NCBI GenBank assembly: GCA_041499635.1
Contig: JBGQKT010000001.1
Span: forward strand, 2,195 to 66,194
Direction: 5' to 3'
DNA length: 64,000 nt
DNA from: Gemmatimonadaceae bacterium
GTDB taxonomy: Bacteria > Gemmatimonadota > Gemmatimonadetes > Gemmatimonadales > Gemmatimonadaceae
Numbering within the stretch: position 1 is the first letter of the stretch; the number at the start of each line of letters is the position of its first letter. The translations under genes and the position numbers were made by a program. The notes beneath the pieces were generated by a model. The model did no database searches and was not told the origin of the DNA. It saw only the letters and a list, made by a program, of their open reading frames with translations. Positions 8,415 through 19,359 of this stretch are shown here, in pieces.

Positions 8415-9677
8415 TCAGAACAGCGAGATGAGATCCCGTTTCAGTTTGGAGGGATCGCCGACGTATGCGAACCGAATCCCTTTCATGTATCTCTGCGCTA
8501 CTCTCCTCACCGCTTCCGGGGTTACGCTCTTCAACTCGTCCACAAACTTCTCGGCCTCTCGATAATCCCCGCGATACAGCTGAGATCTCGCGAGAAAATC
8601 TGCCTGGGCACCGTTGGTTTCATTGTCCAGAAAATATTCAGTCAGGAATTGCTGCTCGAGACGTTCGAGACCGTCTCGATCAAGCAATCCACGCTGGAGC
8701 TCTGTCACAGCGCTCCGCATGAGCTTGAGCGTCGTGTCGGGGGAGACAGTCGACACATATAGTCCGCCAGCGCTCGCCGCACGATCAACAAATGGTGCAT
8801 GGACATCGTACGTCAAATTCTCTCGCGTTCGGATTTCCGCGAATAGCCGACCCGTTAAAACAGAAGTGGCAATTCGAAGAGCTTGATAATCATCGGAGTT
8901 GGCAAGCGGTCCGCTGTAGTAGCCGACGAGATAATTGGTAGGTAGCATCCGCGACTCGACAACCAGTGCAGCGGGCCGTTCCGGAAGCCTGGGAGGCGGT
9001 GTCCATTTGTAATTGCCCGCTGGAAGCTGCGCGAGAGTACTCCTCACGAGTTTTTCGACGTGAGCGCGATCGACGTTGCCCACGACAACGAGAAGCATTC
9101 GCGATTTGACGATTTGACTGTCGTGGTAGGCTTTCAGCGCCTGTGTATCAATAGCTGATATCGAAGCTTCCGTGCCCGAAACGGGAATCCCGTATGGGTG
9201 ACCACTGAAGGCAATGCTATCCGCCAGAAATTCGGCGAGTGCATCAGGATCATCGCGGCGTTGGTGAATTCCCGAAAGGAATTGCGTTTTAATAAGAGCT
9301 ACGTCGACGGGATTGAGCGTTGGCTCCATCAACCGATCAGCAAAGATGGCCCAGGTCGAGTCCAATACCTCTGTGGTCGCGCGGATTCCAAACATCGTCC
9401 AGTCATCGCTCGGCTCCGTAACTATCTCGCTCCCGAGTGCTGACATTTTACGACGGAGGGTTGCTCTCGGGTACTTCGACGTTCCCCTGTCGGATACCTC
9501 GAGCAGGAGTGATTCAATCCCGGCGTTTGATTGGTTTATTTGGCGGGCGCCACCCAGGAGATAAAGATTCGCAGCGACAACATTGTTGGCGGTGCTCTGT
9601 CTGAGAATGACCTGAACGCCGGAGACATCGAAGCTGCTGGTCAAAGTGGAAAACGCGACTGCGACGGCAAGTAGCAT
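8415..9677 (-). CDS. M16 (pitrilysin) peptidase family, non-catalytic partner subunit
   Basis: ATG overlaps the upstream stop (TGATG); M16 domains; HxxEH replaced by GIESLLLEV. Confidence 0.85.
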   Translation of the reverse strand: MLLAVAVAFSTLTSSFDVSGVQVILRQSTANNVVAANLYLLGGARQINQSNAGIESLLLEVSDRGTSKYPRATLRRKMSALGSEIVTEPSDDWTMFGIRATTEVLDSTWAIFADRLMEPTLNPVDVALIKTQFLSGIHQRRDDPDALAEFLADSIAFSGHPYGIPVSGTEASISAIDTQALKAYHDSQIVKSRMLLVVVGNVDRAHVEKLVRSTLAQLPAGNYKWTPPPRLPERPAALVVESRMLPTNYLVGYYSGPLANSDDYQALRIATSVLTGRLFAEIRTRENLTYDVHAPFVDRAASAGGLYVSTVSPDTTLKLMRSAVTELQRGLLDRDGLERLEQQFLTEYFLDNETNGAQADFLARSQLYRGDYREAEKFVDELKSVTPEAVRRVAQRYMKGIRFAYVGDPSKLKRDLISLF

Positions 9678-11083
9678 CAGTTCGGCTCTCCCGCACCGAG
9701 CTCCTGAGGCGAAAGCTTGATCGCGCCTCGATCCGACGGAGAAATGAGCACTCCGGTAACACGCGGTTTGCCGATTATATACTTGCGCGCATAAGCGCGG
9801 AGATCGGTCGTTTTCTGCTGCGCCATGTTGTCGACATACCCCATGTAGTACTCGAGGCTCGCCACACTCCACCAGAATCCAAGTGTATGAGCAAAGCCTG
9901 ACGCTCGTTCGCGGTCGAATGCGGAAGTTACGGCCCTGTGCGCCTTGACCGCCTCCAGCTCGACCGCGTCGAAATAATTTGGATCGTCGAATTTAGCGAT
10001 TTCGGCGTCGAGCGCTGCGATCGCCTTGCGAAGGTTTTCAGGCGACGTCTGACCGCTGATTGTGATTGGTCCAGTGTGATTGAGCGTGTAATAATTGACG
10101 CCAAGATTCTGCCAGAGCCCACTATCCACGAGTCGTTGCTGAAAATTTGAGCCTGGATCATTGAGTACATCCGAAAACACATCCGCTGCATAGGTAGACG
10201 CCGGATCTTTGCCCACGCTTGGCCCCTGCCACTGGACGAAGACAGAGACGGCACCTACTTCCGCCTCGACGACGACTGCCTCGTTATGAGTCAACGATGG
10301 AATTGGTGGGATCGGATCAGCAACAAAAGGATCTGATCCTTTCTGCCAGCCTCCCAGCTCCTTCTCCGCAAGCGAAAACACCGTTGCGGGATTGATGTCT
10401 CCAGCGACAATCAGTGCAGTGTTGTTCGGCACATAATACTTTCGCTGGATCGTCCTCATTTTTTCGGGAGTCGTCGTCAGAACCACATCCCGATCACCGA
10501 TGATGTTCTTCCGGCTGAAATTTCCAGGGTAGAGAAGCTGATCCATCTCTCGATTCAATCGAAAGAAAGGACTCGATTCATTTCGATCGTACTCGCCGAT
10601 GACAACTTGTCGCTCGCGCTCGAGCTCGTCTTGACGGAATAGCGGACCCTTCAGCGCTGCAGCTAGAAACTGAAGGCCGCCTGCCAGGCTGTCCGCGGAC
10701 ACCGTGAGGTAATAATTCACGCGTTCCTCCGATGTCGTTCCGTTGTAAACCGCACCGAGATCTCCGGCTCGATCAATGAATGATTCCGGCTGCGAATAGG
10801 CCGAGTTCGCCCGAAAGAACATGTGCTCGTACATGTGAGCGAGGCCGGCGTATTCCGGCGGCTGTGTGAACGATCCGTTCTTCACATCGGCTTCGATCGT
10901 TACCAGCGGTACTCCGTGGTTCTCGACAGCGATGACCTCGAGACCGTTTGAAAGCACTCGGCGTTGGATGATCTTTTCGAGTTCAGCGCGTTGCGCCATT
11001 GCGACAGTGGGAGCAACGAAACAGACCAGCGCTGCGATTATGAGAGTGGCGCGCCGGCCACCGGCTCCATTTCTTTGTGACAT
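9677..11083 (-). CDS. M16 (pitrilysin) zinc peptidase, catalytic subunit with signal peptide
   Basis: GLAHMYEHM (HxxEH), NGTTSEERVNYY, ERQVVIGE; hydrophobic signal peptide ending AMA. Confidence 0.9.
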   Translation of the reverse strand: MSQRNGAGGRRATLIIAALVCFVAPTVAMAQRAELEKIIQRRVLSNGLEVIAVENHGVPLVTIEADVKNGSFTQPPEYAGLAHMYEHMFFRANSAYSQPESFIDRAGDLGAVYNGTTSEERVNYYLTVSADSLAGGLQFLAAALKGPLFRQDELERERQVVIGEYDRNESSPFFRLNREMDQLLYPGNFSRKNIIGDRDVVLTTTPEKMRTIQRKYYVPNNTALIVAGDINPATVFSLAEKELGGWQKGSDPFVADPIPPIPSLTHNEAVVVEAEVGAVSVFVQWQGPSVGKDPASTYAADVFSDVLNDPGSNFQQRLVDSGLWQNLGVNYYTLNHTGPITISGQTSPENLRKAIAALDAEIAKFDDPNYFDAVELEAVKAHRAVTSAFDRERASGFAHTLGFWWSVASLEYYMGYVDNMAQQKTTDLRAYARKYIIGKPRVTGVLISPSDRGAIKLSPQELGAGEPN

Positions 11084-11104
11084 GTCGGACAACAGAAAGC
11101 CTCG

Positions 11105-12043
11105 ATGATTGAAAGCTACAAAAAACTCGCCGCGTGGCTGAATCAATCCCAGCTCAAACGAGACGAGCCACTTGCTCCATACACCACATTCCGCATCGGT
11201 GGTCCAGCAGATCTCATGTACAATGCCACGACTGCTGATGATTTAGCAAATGCAGTGCTTGGTGCCCGTAAACTGGACGTCAACTACTTCGTACTCGGGC
11301 TGGGCGCGAATATTCTCATCGGTGACAAGGGCTTTCGCGGCTTAGTCATAAGAAACACATCGAGCTCATTCAATTTTTCAGATGACGGAAGACTATCAGT
11401 CGAAAGCGGAGCCGTCGTCGGCGAGATTATACCAAAAGCAGTTGAACGCGGTTGGTCGGGCCTCGAGCATTACGTCGGTATTCCAAGCACGATTGGCGGC
11501 GCAGTGTGGCAGAATCTGCATTTTCTCGAGCCCGAGCCAGAGCGCAAGCGAACGATGTTCATAGCAGATGTTTTTGAATCTGCGGACATTTTTTCCGAGG
11601 AGAGCGAGCGTCGCGTTGTCGATCGTGACTACATGCAATTCGGTTACGACACGAGCATTCTGCATACGCGCAAGGACGTAGTGCTCAGCGCAACCTTCAA
11701 GTTGTCTCCCGGAGATACCGCGGTCATGCATCGCATCATGCAGGAGAACTTGAGCTGGCGTGGAAGCAGGCATCCATGGCTTCAGTTCCACCCTAGTGCT
11801 GGCTCCATTTTCAAGAAGATCGAGGGTGTCGGCGCGGGCAGGCTTGTTGATCAGTGCGGGCTAAAAGGTTTTCGGCATGGTGACGCGCAGATATCCCATA
11901 TTCACGCCAACATCATGGTCAACCTTGGAAACGCCACAGCCAAAGACGTTCGCGAACTGATTGCAATCGCACAGCGTGCCGTTGAAGATCGATTCAGCTT
12001 GCATCTAGAGCCGGAGATCAGCTTCGTCGGAGAATTCGCTTAG
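11105..12043 (+). CDS. murB: UDP-N-acetylenolpyruvoylglucosamine reductase
   Basis: TTFRIGGPAD, GLGANIL, GIPSTIGGA, PSAGSIFK, HANIMVN, LEPEI. Confidence 0.95.
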   Translation: MIESYKKLAAWLNQSQLKRDEPLAPYTTFRIGGPADLMYNATTADDLANAVLGARKLDVNYFVLGLGANILIGDKGFRGLVIRNTSSSFNFSDDGRLSVESGAVVGEIIPKAVERGWSGLEHYVGIPSTIGGAVWQNLHFLEPEPERKRTMFIADVFESADIFSEESERRVVDRDYMQFGYDTSILHTRKDVVLSATFKLSPGDTAVMHRIMQENLSWRGSRHPWLQFHPSAGSIFKKIEGVGAGRLVDQCGLKGFRHGDAQISHIHANIMVNLGNATAKDVRELIAIAQRAVEDRFSLHLEPEISFVGEFA

Positions 12044-12060
12044 GTCGGAGCGGGCGTCAG

Positions 12061-13158
12061 TCAATTTTTCAGCGCCCATCGACAGGCATCGAGACAACGC
12101 TCGAGCGTTAACGGGGAATGATCTCCCATATGGCCTATTCTGAATGTGCTTGACTTGAGCTTGCCATATCCAGTCGCGACAGTGATTCCCCGCGAGCGGA
12201 CTTTCCCTAAAAAAGCTTCTGGGTTGATATCCTTAGGCAGCTGAAGAGTAGAGACGGTCGGAGATCTCTGACCTCTCTCAACAATGTTGGTGATGTCGAT
12301 CCCGTCGGATTGGCATTCGACAAGCCACGCGTCCATGGTCTGCGACATGGCGGCGTGACGTTTCCATCGATTCTCGATACCTTCGGCAATAATGGCTTCG
12401 AGTTGTTTGTCGAGAGCATAGAGAAGGGAAAGCGCCGGCGTGCTGGGTACCTGTCCCTCGGTTGCGAAGCGATGCATTTCAACGAGGTCGAAGTAAACGC
12501 CACGACCTGGCGCTTTATCTGCGGCTTCGAGAAAGCTTTTCGAGGCAACCCCAAAAGCCAGTCCCGGTGGTATAGCAATAGCTTTCTGCGAACCGGTTAG
12601 GATATAATCGAACCCACTCTTGTCTGTTCTCGCTTCGGCTCCGCCAAGCCCGCTGACGCTGTCGACGAGGCACCACACGCCGTGCCTGTGAGCGACATCC
12701 GAGATCTGAACAATGGGATTCAGCGCGCCGGTTGATGTCTCGGAATGAACTACCGTAACCCCACAGTAGTCGCTCTTCGTTAGGTAGTTAGCTAGCCTAT
12801 CCGGCCGATGAGTCTCGCCCCAGGGAACCTCGTAACGATCGACTTCATGCCCGCATTTTTCGGCAATGCTGGCAAAGCGCTCCGAGAAGGCGCCATTAAC
12901 CAGCGACAAAACCTTGCCCTGCTGCAAGCAACGGATTCCCGCTTCCATCATTCCAGTTGCCGAGGCAGCACTGACAAAAACCGGTCGCGACGTTTGAAAC
13001 ACGCTTTGCAACCCAGCCTGCAAGCGTGCAAACATCTCTTCGAACTCGGTGCTGCGATGAGGTATCATCGGCCTCAACATCGCCTCCAATACCTCGCGCC
13101 TTACCTCAGTTGGGCCCGGAAGAAAGAATGTCCCGAACGTTTCCGATTGACGTGTCAT
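12061..13158 (-). CDS. Class V PLP aminotransferase (alanine-glyoxylate/serine-pyruvate type)
   Basis: FLPGPT, SATGMMEA, VHSETSTG, VDSVS, GSQKAIAIPPG, FRIGHMG; ATGA overlap with the upstream gene. Confidence 0.92.
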   Translation of the reverse strand: MTRQSETFGTFFLPGPTEVRREVLEAMLRPMIPHRSTEFEEMFARLQAGLQSVFQTSRPVFVSAASATGMMEAGIRCLQQGKVLSLVNGAFSERFASIAEKCGHEVDRYEVPWGETHRPDRLANYLTKSDYCGVTVVHSETSTGALNPIVQISDVAHRHGVWCLVDSVSGLGGAEARTDKSGFDYILTGSQKAIAIPPGLAFGVASKSFLEAADKAPGRGVYFDLVEMHRFATEGQVPSTPALSLLYALDKQLEAIIAEGIENRWKRHAAMSQTMDAWLVECQSDGIDITNIVERGQRSPTVSTLQLPKDINPEAFLGKVRSRGITVATGYGKLKSSTFRIGHMGDHSPLTLERCLDACRWALKN

Positions 13159-13502
13159 TGCTCCATCCATTTCTTCCACGTTTCTTCATCGTCGCCCACA
13201 GACAGCTGGGCGGAATTTCTCACCAGCGGCACCCTGAGTAGCATCGGCTCGGTGCTCAGCCTGTCCAACCAACTTTCCTCGGATAGTCGGGCATATCGGA
13301 GTCCAAGCTCCTGAAATCGTTTCGACTCCGTATCCAAAATCGCGTTGATCCCGAACTTCTGGATGAAGCGGCGTAACTCTCCCTTTGCAGCCGGACGCTG
13401 CATCAGATCGACAAAATGCGTCTTCACACGCCGCTCTGCGAAGAATCGCAGTGCCTTTCGAGTGTCTGCACTTTTCCGCACTCCAAAGATTTGAACTTCC
13501 AT
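13155..13502 (-). CDS. ArsC/Spx/YffB-family protein lacking cysteine
   Basis: IFG..S.DTRKALRFF, GELRRF, PMLLRVPLV pattern of the family. Confidence 0.8.
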   Translation of the reverse strand: MEVQIFGVRKSADTRKALRFFAERRVKTHFVDLMQRPAAKGELRRFIQKFGINAILDTESKRFQELGLRYARLSEESWLDRLSTEPMLLRVPLVRNSAQLSVGDDEETWKKWMEQ

Positions 13503-13579
13503 AGATTTCAAAACACCTCGTTCAGAATACCCTGGCCGATTGAGTTCTCATCTCTTTTGAATTTGGCGCCCGCCCGACG

Positions 13580-14605
13580 ATGACAAGATATAACGCTGCC
13601 TGGTGGCTTCCTGGAGCTCACGCGCAAACGCTCTGGGGGAAACTCGCCCGGCGTGAACCGGAACAACCGACGGCCGTCGAGCGCTGGATCACGCCAGACG
13701 ACGATTTTCTGGACATTCATCGGCTCGTGGGCACTCCGAATAAAGCCCGTCTTCTCATCCTTCACGGACTCGAAGGAACCGTCCGGTCTCAGTATGCACA
13801 GAAACTGTTGGGTGAAGCTCGGAGACGAAGCTGGTCGGCAGACATCTTGATTTTTCGCTCGTGCAGCTCTGAAATGAATCTGACAAAGCGATTCTATCAC
13901 TCTGGCGAGACGTCAGACCTGGGCTTTGTCATTGATCGCATTGTCGAAGAAAACCCTCAGCAGCCGCTCCTTCTAGCAGGCGTTTCGCTAGGCGGCAACG
14001 TTCTGCTCAAGTACCTTGGGGAAAGGGGTGTTGCTGTCGCCCCCCAAATCAAAGCTGCTGCGACAGTATCAGTTCCGTTCGACCTCGCGTGTGCCTCGAG
14101 GAAGATTAATCAAGGGTTCGCACGCGTTTATCAGAGGCATTTTATCAAGTCGCTAAAACAAAAAGCTCTGAAAAAACTCGAGCGATTCCCCGACCTGATC
14201 GCGCCTGAACGAGTAACGCGAATTAGAACCATGTACGAGTTCGATGACGCGGTTACCGCACCAGTACACGGCTTTCGTGACGCGGACCATTATTACTCTT
14301 CATCGAGCTCGCTGGCATGGATCGAGAGAATTAGTATCCCGACGTTACTATTAAATGCAAGAGATGATCCGTTCCTTCCCAGAGCTGTGCTCGACGACGT
14401 TTGCCAAGTCGCACAAAGGAATTCGCGCCTCGAGTTGGAGTTCCCCCTACATGGAGGTCACGTCGGATTCGTAACAGGATGGAATCCATTTCGTCCGGCG
14501 TACTACGCGGAACAGAGGGTTTGTGACTTTCTTGCCAAGCACGTCCATCGAAGCGTAGCATTACCAAACATTGACGCAGACCGAGGTCGACATGTTCCCG
14601 CTTAG
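13580..14605 (+). CDS. YheT-family alpha/beta hydrolase
   Basis: HAQTLW, HGLEG, FYHSGET, GVSLGG nucleophile elbow, ARDDPF, GGHVGF. Confidence 0.92.
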   Translation: MTRYNAAWWLPGAHAQTLWGKLARREPEQPTAVERWITPDDDFLDIHRLVGTPNKARLLILHGLEGTVRSQYAQKLLGEARRRSWSADILIFRSCSSEMNLTKRFYHSGETSDLGFVIDRIVEENPQQPLLLAGVSLGGNVLLKYLGERGVAVAPQIKAAATVSVPFDLACASRKINQGFARVYQRHFIKSLKQKALKKLERFPDLIAPERVTRIRTMYEFDDAVTAPVHGFRDADHYYSSSSSLAWIERISIPTLLLNARDDPFLPRAVLDDVCQVAQRNSRLELEFPLHGGHVGFVTGWNPFRPAYYAEQRVCDFLAKHVHRSVALPNIDADRGRHVPA

Positions 14606-15491
14606 ACTTGATTTCTTCCAAGGTATTGCCGTGACGCTGGGCCTCGTTGCATGTACAACGACTCAGACAGGGAATTCCGCCGGCGGCGGATCGGCTGCCG
14701 CATCGAGCAGCTCTACCACAGTTGCCTCACAAACACAAGGCCTTCCACCGGACGCCGACCATGCGCTCGCGCGCTTGAACAGTTCATCACGTCATGGCGA
14801 GTGGGTGATGATTTCTGTCCCGCCTTCCGACAGTGTCCGAGCGTGGGTCGTTTACCCAGAGCGTGAGACAAAGGCACCCGTTGTTGTAGTGGTACATGAG
14901 ATATTCGGACTTTCCGATTGGATTCGTGGAGTCGCGGATCAGCTCGCTGCTGATGGATTTATTGCCGTTGCTCCAGATTTTCTGACGATGAAAAACCTTC
15001 CGCGTGGATCCGACAGCGCCGCAACACAAGCGGCAGTAGCGGCCATCAGGACACTCGATGCATCACAAGTTCAACGGATGATTGACGCCGCGGCAAAGTA
15101 CGGCACATCGCTTCCATCTGCTCTTCCGCGCTATGGCGTTGTCGGCTTTTGCTGGGGCGGAGGCGTCTCATTCGAGCATGCTACTCACTCGCCATTACTT
15201 GGAGCCGCGGTCGTTTACTATGGAGTGTCACCGCAAACCGAGAAGCTGTCGATGGTGCGAGCACCAGTGCTCGGCCTCTACGGTGCAAACGACGCGCGTG
15301 TGGATGCAACGATACCGCCCGCCGACTCAGCTCTTCGCGCCCAGGGAAAGACCTATTCACATACTCTGTTCGAGGGAGCGGGGCATGGATTTCTTAGACA
15401 GCAGACAGGAATGAATGGCGCAAACATGACAGCAACTCAGCAGGCGTGGCCAGCAACTATAGCGTGGTTCAGGCGCTATCTCGGAACCTGA
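14592..15491 (+). CDS. Dienelactone hydrolase family lipoprotein
   Basis: LVAC lipobox, VHEIFGL, GFCWGG, D-x-x-V and GAGHGF. Confidence 0.9.
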   Translation: MFPLRLDFFQGIAVTLGLVACTTTQTGNSAGGGSAAASSSSTTVASQTQGLPPDADHALARLNSSSRHGEWVMISVPPSDSVRAWVVYPERETKAPVVVVVHEIFGLSDWIRGVADQLAADGFIAVAPDFLTMKNLPRGSDSAATQAAVAAIRTLDASQVQRMIDAAAKYGTSLPSALPRYGVVGFCWGGGVSFEHATHSPLLGAAVVYYGVSPQTEKLSMVRAPVLGLYGANDARVDATIPPADSALRAQGKTYSHTLFEGAGHGFLRQQTGMNGANMTATQQAWPATIAWFRRYLGT

Positions 15492-16022
15492 TTGGTGATC
15501 GCAAAAGTTTGCTTTCTCTCGGCTTTTGTAATCGGGCTTGGCCTTGCCGTTTACTCGATGTTGCACGGAGTAGAATCATCGAAAAACGGGAACACAAAAC
15601 GCCCTTCCGCAATTTTCAATGCGCCCTCGATGTCTGTGTTCGCCATTGTCCTTGGAGCGATTGGCTATCTCCTCGTGACGCGCACTACAGTTGGACTCGT
15701 TCCGATTGTTGCGATCGGAACTGGTGCCGCTTCTATAGCAACAACGATCGCCGCGATGTTGCTCGCCCGATGGGCATTGCCTCATTCCGGAAACGAGCAT
15801 GAGGCCGACACGCTGCAAGGTCTAGTTGCCCGCGTTACCCGAGCGATTTCCCCGTCTAGCCCCGGCGAGATTGCATTCCTCTCCAACGGAGCGAAACGAA
15901 CACTCGCTGCCCAAGGCATTGAGGAATCAGAAATCCCGCGCGATACAGAAGTCGTTATCGACAGAGTTGACAATGGCGTCGCGCGCGTTGAGCTGTGGTC
16001 TGCTGTTGAACAGCGACTTTGA
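15492..16022 (+). CDS. NfeD-like membrane protein (short NfeD, C-terminal OB fold)
   Basis: Three TM segments, then G..ARVTRAI...PGEI and IPRDTEVVIDRVDNGVARVE. Confidence 0.75.
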   Translation: MVIAKVCFLSAFVIGLGLAVYSMLHGVESSKNGNTKRPSAIFNAPSMSVFAIVLGAIGYLLVTRTTVGLVPIVAIGTGAASIATTIAAMLLARWALPHSGNEHEADTLQGLVARVTRAISPSSPGEIAFLSNGAKRTLAAQGIEESEIPRDTEVVIDRVDNGVARVELWSAVEQRL

Positions 16023-16033
16023 GATTCTAGCGC

Positions 16034-16318
16034 CTACGCCGCGTAAATCTCTAACCAATCCGGCCAGTTACCGCTCAATTCAAAAAAGTCGTCAAAATAG
16101 GTCAGGCCGGCGTTCTCGAGATACTCGATTATTGGGCCTATCATGTCATCGGCCGCCAACGGCCCGATAACCACAAGAGACCCCTCTGCACGGAATTCTT
16201 CATCCGTCAGACCAAAACGAGAATCGAGCTCCGGTCGAGTAAGCCCAGATTTCTCATACACGTCTCTGCGAATACAAATTCCGGGTTGGCCAGAAACAAT
16301 TTTGAGAGGCACAATCAA
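16034..16318 (-). CDS. Hypothetical protein (acidic, 94 aa)
   Basis: Fills the gap between NfeD and mnmG; natural composition ([23 protein letters not shown]). Confidence 0.65.
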   Translation of the reverse strand: MIVPLKIVSGQPGICIRRDVYEKSGLTRPELDSRFGLTDEEFRAEGSLVVIGPLAADDMIGPIIEYLENAGLTYFDDFFELSGNWPDWLEIYAA

Positions 16319-16371
16319 CTCGTTGTGAATCTGAAGAAACGACTCCGAGGATTCAGCTTAGCTTTCAATCT

Positions 16372-18300
16372 ATGAATGGCGACCCTCTGCCGCAGTCCGC
16401 TGAAGCTGATTTCGACGTCCTTGTAGTTGGGGGCGGACACGCAGGAACGGAAGCAGCCGTTGCCGCCGCGCGCACTGGCGCAACTGTCGGCCTTATTACG
16501 AGCGCCCTCGAAACGATCGGACAAATGTCGTGCAATCCCGCGATTGGGGGCGTAGCCAAAGGAACCGTAGTCCGTGAGGTTGACGCACTTGGTGGAATCA
16601 TGGGTCGAGCCACCGATCTGGCGATGCTTCAGTTCCGCATGCTCAATCGAAGCAAGGGTCCGGCGGTATGGGCGCCTAGAGCACAGTGTGACAGAGGACT
16701 ATACCGACGCGCAGCACGCTCGCTCATAGAGCAGCACTCTCGCGTCTACCCAATTCAGGGAACTGTCGGTCGATTGGTGATGGACACTGCCGCGCCCAGG
16801 GTGCGTGGCCTCGTAACTCTTGAAGGACGGTGTTTCTCAGCGCGGGCTGTTGTCATAACAACCGGAACATTCCTCCGCGGAAGAATGCACATCGGAACGA
16901 CCACGCAGATGTCCGGAGGGAGAGCTGGCGATGCTGCCTCAGTTCACCTCGCTGAGCAGCTCGAGTCGTCCGGTCTTGTCGTCGAACGATTCAAAACCGG
17001 TACGCCACCGCGGATCGATGGCAGATTCGTCGACTATGCACAACTGCGACGACAGGAGAGCGAAATCGAAGATTTCGATTATTCGTGGTCCCACTTCTGG
17101 GAAGAGCCGAGACGAAACGGGACTGAGACGCGTCACCCCGAGCAGATGCCCTGCTGGATCACGCAGTTGGGCGCCGAGGGAAAAGCCATCATCGAACAGA
17201 ACATTCAAAGTTCCGCGATGTATGGTGGAGCGATTGCATCTCGCGGTCCGCGTTACTGTCCATCTGTAGAAGACAAGGTCGTAAAATTTCCAAACGCTGA
17301 GACACATCAGATCTTTCTAGAGCCAGAAGGAAGCGACACGAGCGAGCTTTACGTCAACGGATTATCAACGTCTCTCCCTGCGCCGATTCAATTGGAGATT
17401 TTGAAAACAATCCCCGGACTTGAGTCAGCGAGAATGACACGAGCCGGATATGCAATCGAATATGATTACTATCCTCCGACTCAACTGGATTTGACGCTTC
17501 AGGTAAAGTCGATCGAGGGATTGTTTTTTGCCGGCCAGATAAACGGAACGACGGGTTACGAGGAGGCGGCGGGACAGGGCGTCATCGCCGGCATAAACGC
17601 CGGAATGTTTTCCGCCGCGCGGACACCACTTGTTCTCGGACGCGAGTCATCATACATCGGCGTTTTGATCGATGATCTAGTCACGAAGGGCGTAGACGAG
17701 CCATATCGCCTCTTCACTTCGCGCTCCGAATTCAGATTGACCGTGCGACAGGACAACGCATTACGTCGTCTCGCAACTGTCGGAGAGGAGTTTGGGCTCT
17801 ACTCCAGCCTGGAGCGATCGATGATTGACGGTCGACTTGAGCAAGAGGATCGTCTCAGATTATTCGTCGACGCAACGAGTATTACTCCGAAACAAGCAGA
17901 GGCACACCTTGCGACGAATGCGAGCGCACCGCTCTCACATTCCGTCAAGCTTACCGAACTGACGCGAAGACCTGGTGTAAGCCTTGCCGAATTGTTGGAT
18001 GCGGTCGGTGCTGACCAGCCATCATCGAAAGAGGTGATCCTCAGCACCGAGCTCGAGATCAAGTATGCTGGATACTTCGACCGCGAGCGCATTCATGCCG
18101 ACCGAATGAGACAAATGGGAGATTTCCGACTTCCCGGCGATCTCGCTTATGAAAGCATGCAATCGCTTTCGTTCGAAGCGCGTCAAAAACTTTCGTCGAT
18201 AAGGCCACGCACGCTGGCTCAAGCATCTAGTATTCCCGGTGTCAGTCCAAGCGATTTGCAGAATTTAGTGATTGAAGTCGAACGAAATCGAAACACGTGA
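16372..18300 (+). CDS. mnmG: tRNA uridine-5-carboxymethylaminomethyl modification enzyme
   Basis: [66 protein letters not shown]. Confidence 0.98.
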   Translation: MNGDPLPQSAEADFDVLVVGGGHAGTEAAVAAARTGATVGLITSALETIGQMSCNPAIGGVAKGTVVREVDALGGIMGRATDLAMLQFRMLNRSKGPAVWAPRAQCDRGLYRRAARSLIEQHSRVYPIQGTVGRLVMDTAAPRVRGLVTLEGRCFSARAVVITTGTFLRGRMHIGTTTQMSGGRAGDAASVHLAEQLESSGLVVERFKTGTPPRIDGRFVDYAQLRRQESEIEDFDYSWSHFWEEPRRNGTETRHPEQMPCWITQLGAEGKAIIEQNIQSSAMYGGAIASRGPRYCPSVEDKVVKFPNAETHQIFLEPEGSDTSELYVNGLSTSLPAPIQLEILKTIPGLESARMTRAGYAIEYDYYPPTQLDLTLQVKSIEGLFFAGQINGTTGYEEAAGQGVIAGINAGMFSAARTPLVLGRESSYIGVLIDDLVTKGVDEPYRLFTSRSEFRLTVRQDNALRRLATVGEEFGLYSSLERSMIDGRLEQEDRLRLFVDATSITPKQAEAHLATNASAPLSHSVKLTELTRRPGVSLAELLDAVGADQPSSKEVILSTELEIKYAGYFDRERIHADRMRQMGDFRLPGDLAYESMQSLSFEARQKLSSIRPRTLAQASSIPGVSPSDLQNLVIEVERNRNT

Positions 18301-19271
18301 GTTCTTCGATTTCCAGCGACGCCTCCTCTCGACGGTCGGTCGTCGACGATCCATCTCGTGATCTCGGATTCGGATCTGAAGTAGGACGAAATGTCTACAA
18401 GCGTCTCCTAAACAGGGACGGGACATTCAATGTCGTTCGGTTCGGACTGAATCCACTTTCAGCGCTCAGTCTTTACCACTGGTCGCTTTCAATCTCCTGG
18501 CCAGTTTTCCTCGGCTTTCTCTCGCTCAGCTTTCTTGCGATCAACACTATCTTCGCAATCGCATTCCTGGCGTGCGGAGTGGGCGCACTTACCGGTCAGC
18601 CTGCGGCGAGCGTGGGTGGAGATTTCTTCAGAGCTTTTTTCTTCAGCGTCGAGACGTTTGCAACCATTGGTTATGGAAACATTGTCCCGACTGGGATCCC
18701 AGCAAATCTGCTCGTTACACTCGAAGCTTTGCTCAACATCGTCGGCGTTGCACTTGCAACGGGTGTTGTGTTCGCACGCTTCTCACGCCCAACAGCGCGA
18801 ATCGCGTATAGCAACAACGCGATCATTGCCCCTTATCGAGACAAAACTGCGTTCGAGTTTAGAATTGCAAATACTCGGAGCAATCAGATCATCGAGCTGA
18901 ACGCAAAAGTAATTCTCAGTAGGCTCGAATTATCCGCAGAAGGTATGGTCCGTGAGTTCTACGATCTCAGGCTCGAGAGAAGTAGCGTTGTATTCTTTCC
19001 GCTGAGCTGGACTCTTGTGCATCCTATAGATGCCGATAGTCCGTTGTCCGGGTGGAGCAGTTCCGATCTTCTTTCGGCAAGTGCCGAGATACTCATTCTT
19101 CTCACGGGAATCGATGAGACCTCATCCCAGACTGTTCATTCACGCTCTTCATACAAGGCTGATGAAATAGTATGGAATGCTGTTTTCGGCACTGTTTTCC
19201 GTCGCGATGAGCGGGTGGGCATTCTTGGAATGGACATCAAGCGGTTACACGACATCCGGCCAGTGGCTTGA
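18297..19271 (+). CDS. Inward-rectifier potassium channel (KirBac-type)
   Basis: [15 protein letters not shown] selectivity filter, FARFSRP bundle crossing, SWTLVHPID and [14 protein letters not shown] cytoplasmic domain. Confidence 0.93.
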   Translation: MSSSISSDASSRRSVVDDPSRDLGFGSEVGRNVYKRLLNRDGTFNVVRFGLNPLSALSLYHWSLSISWPVFLGFLSLSFLAINTIFAIAFLACGVGALTGQPAASVGGDFFRAFFFSVETFATIGYGNIVPTGIPANLLVTLEALLNIVGVALATGVVFARFSRPTARIAYSNNAIIAPYRDKTAFEFRIANTRSNQIIELNAKVILSRLELSAEGMVREFYDLRLERSSVVFFPLSWTLVHPIDADSPLSGWSSSDLLSASAEILILLTGIDETSSQTVHSRSSYKADEIVWNAVFGTVFRRDERVGILGMDIKRLHDIRPVA

Positions 19272-19359
19272 TTCAGGACATTTTCACGGAATGTGTGCAA
19301 GGATTTAAGGCAAGATTCGTCACCTTTATTCGTTACCAGCAGACTTACTTCGAGGGCTT

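Noticed and set aside
12808-13314. Longer alternative ORFs in the track (e.g. 12808-13314 +, 54461-55243 -, 6913-7569 +, 2192-2710 -)
   Set aside because: They are antisense shadows of motif-supported genes, with no recognisable motifs of their own.
19278-19294. Second parS (ACATTTTCACGGAATGT)
   Set aside because: The central CACGTG is broken, with too many mismatches to consensus.
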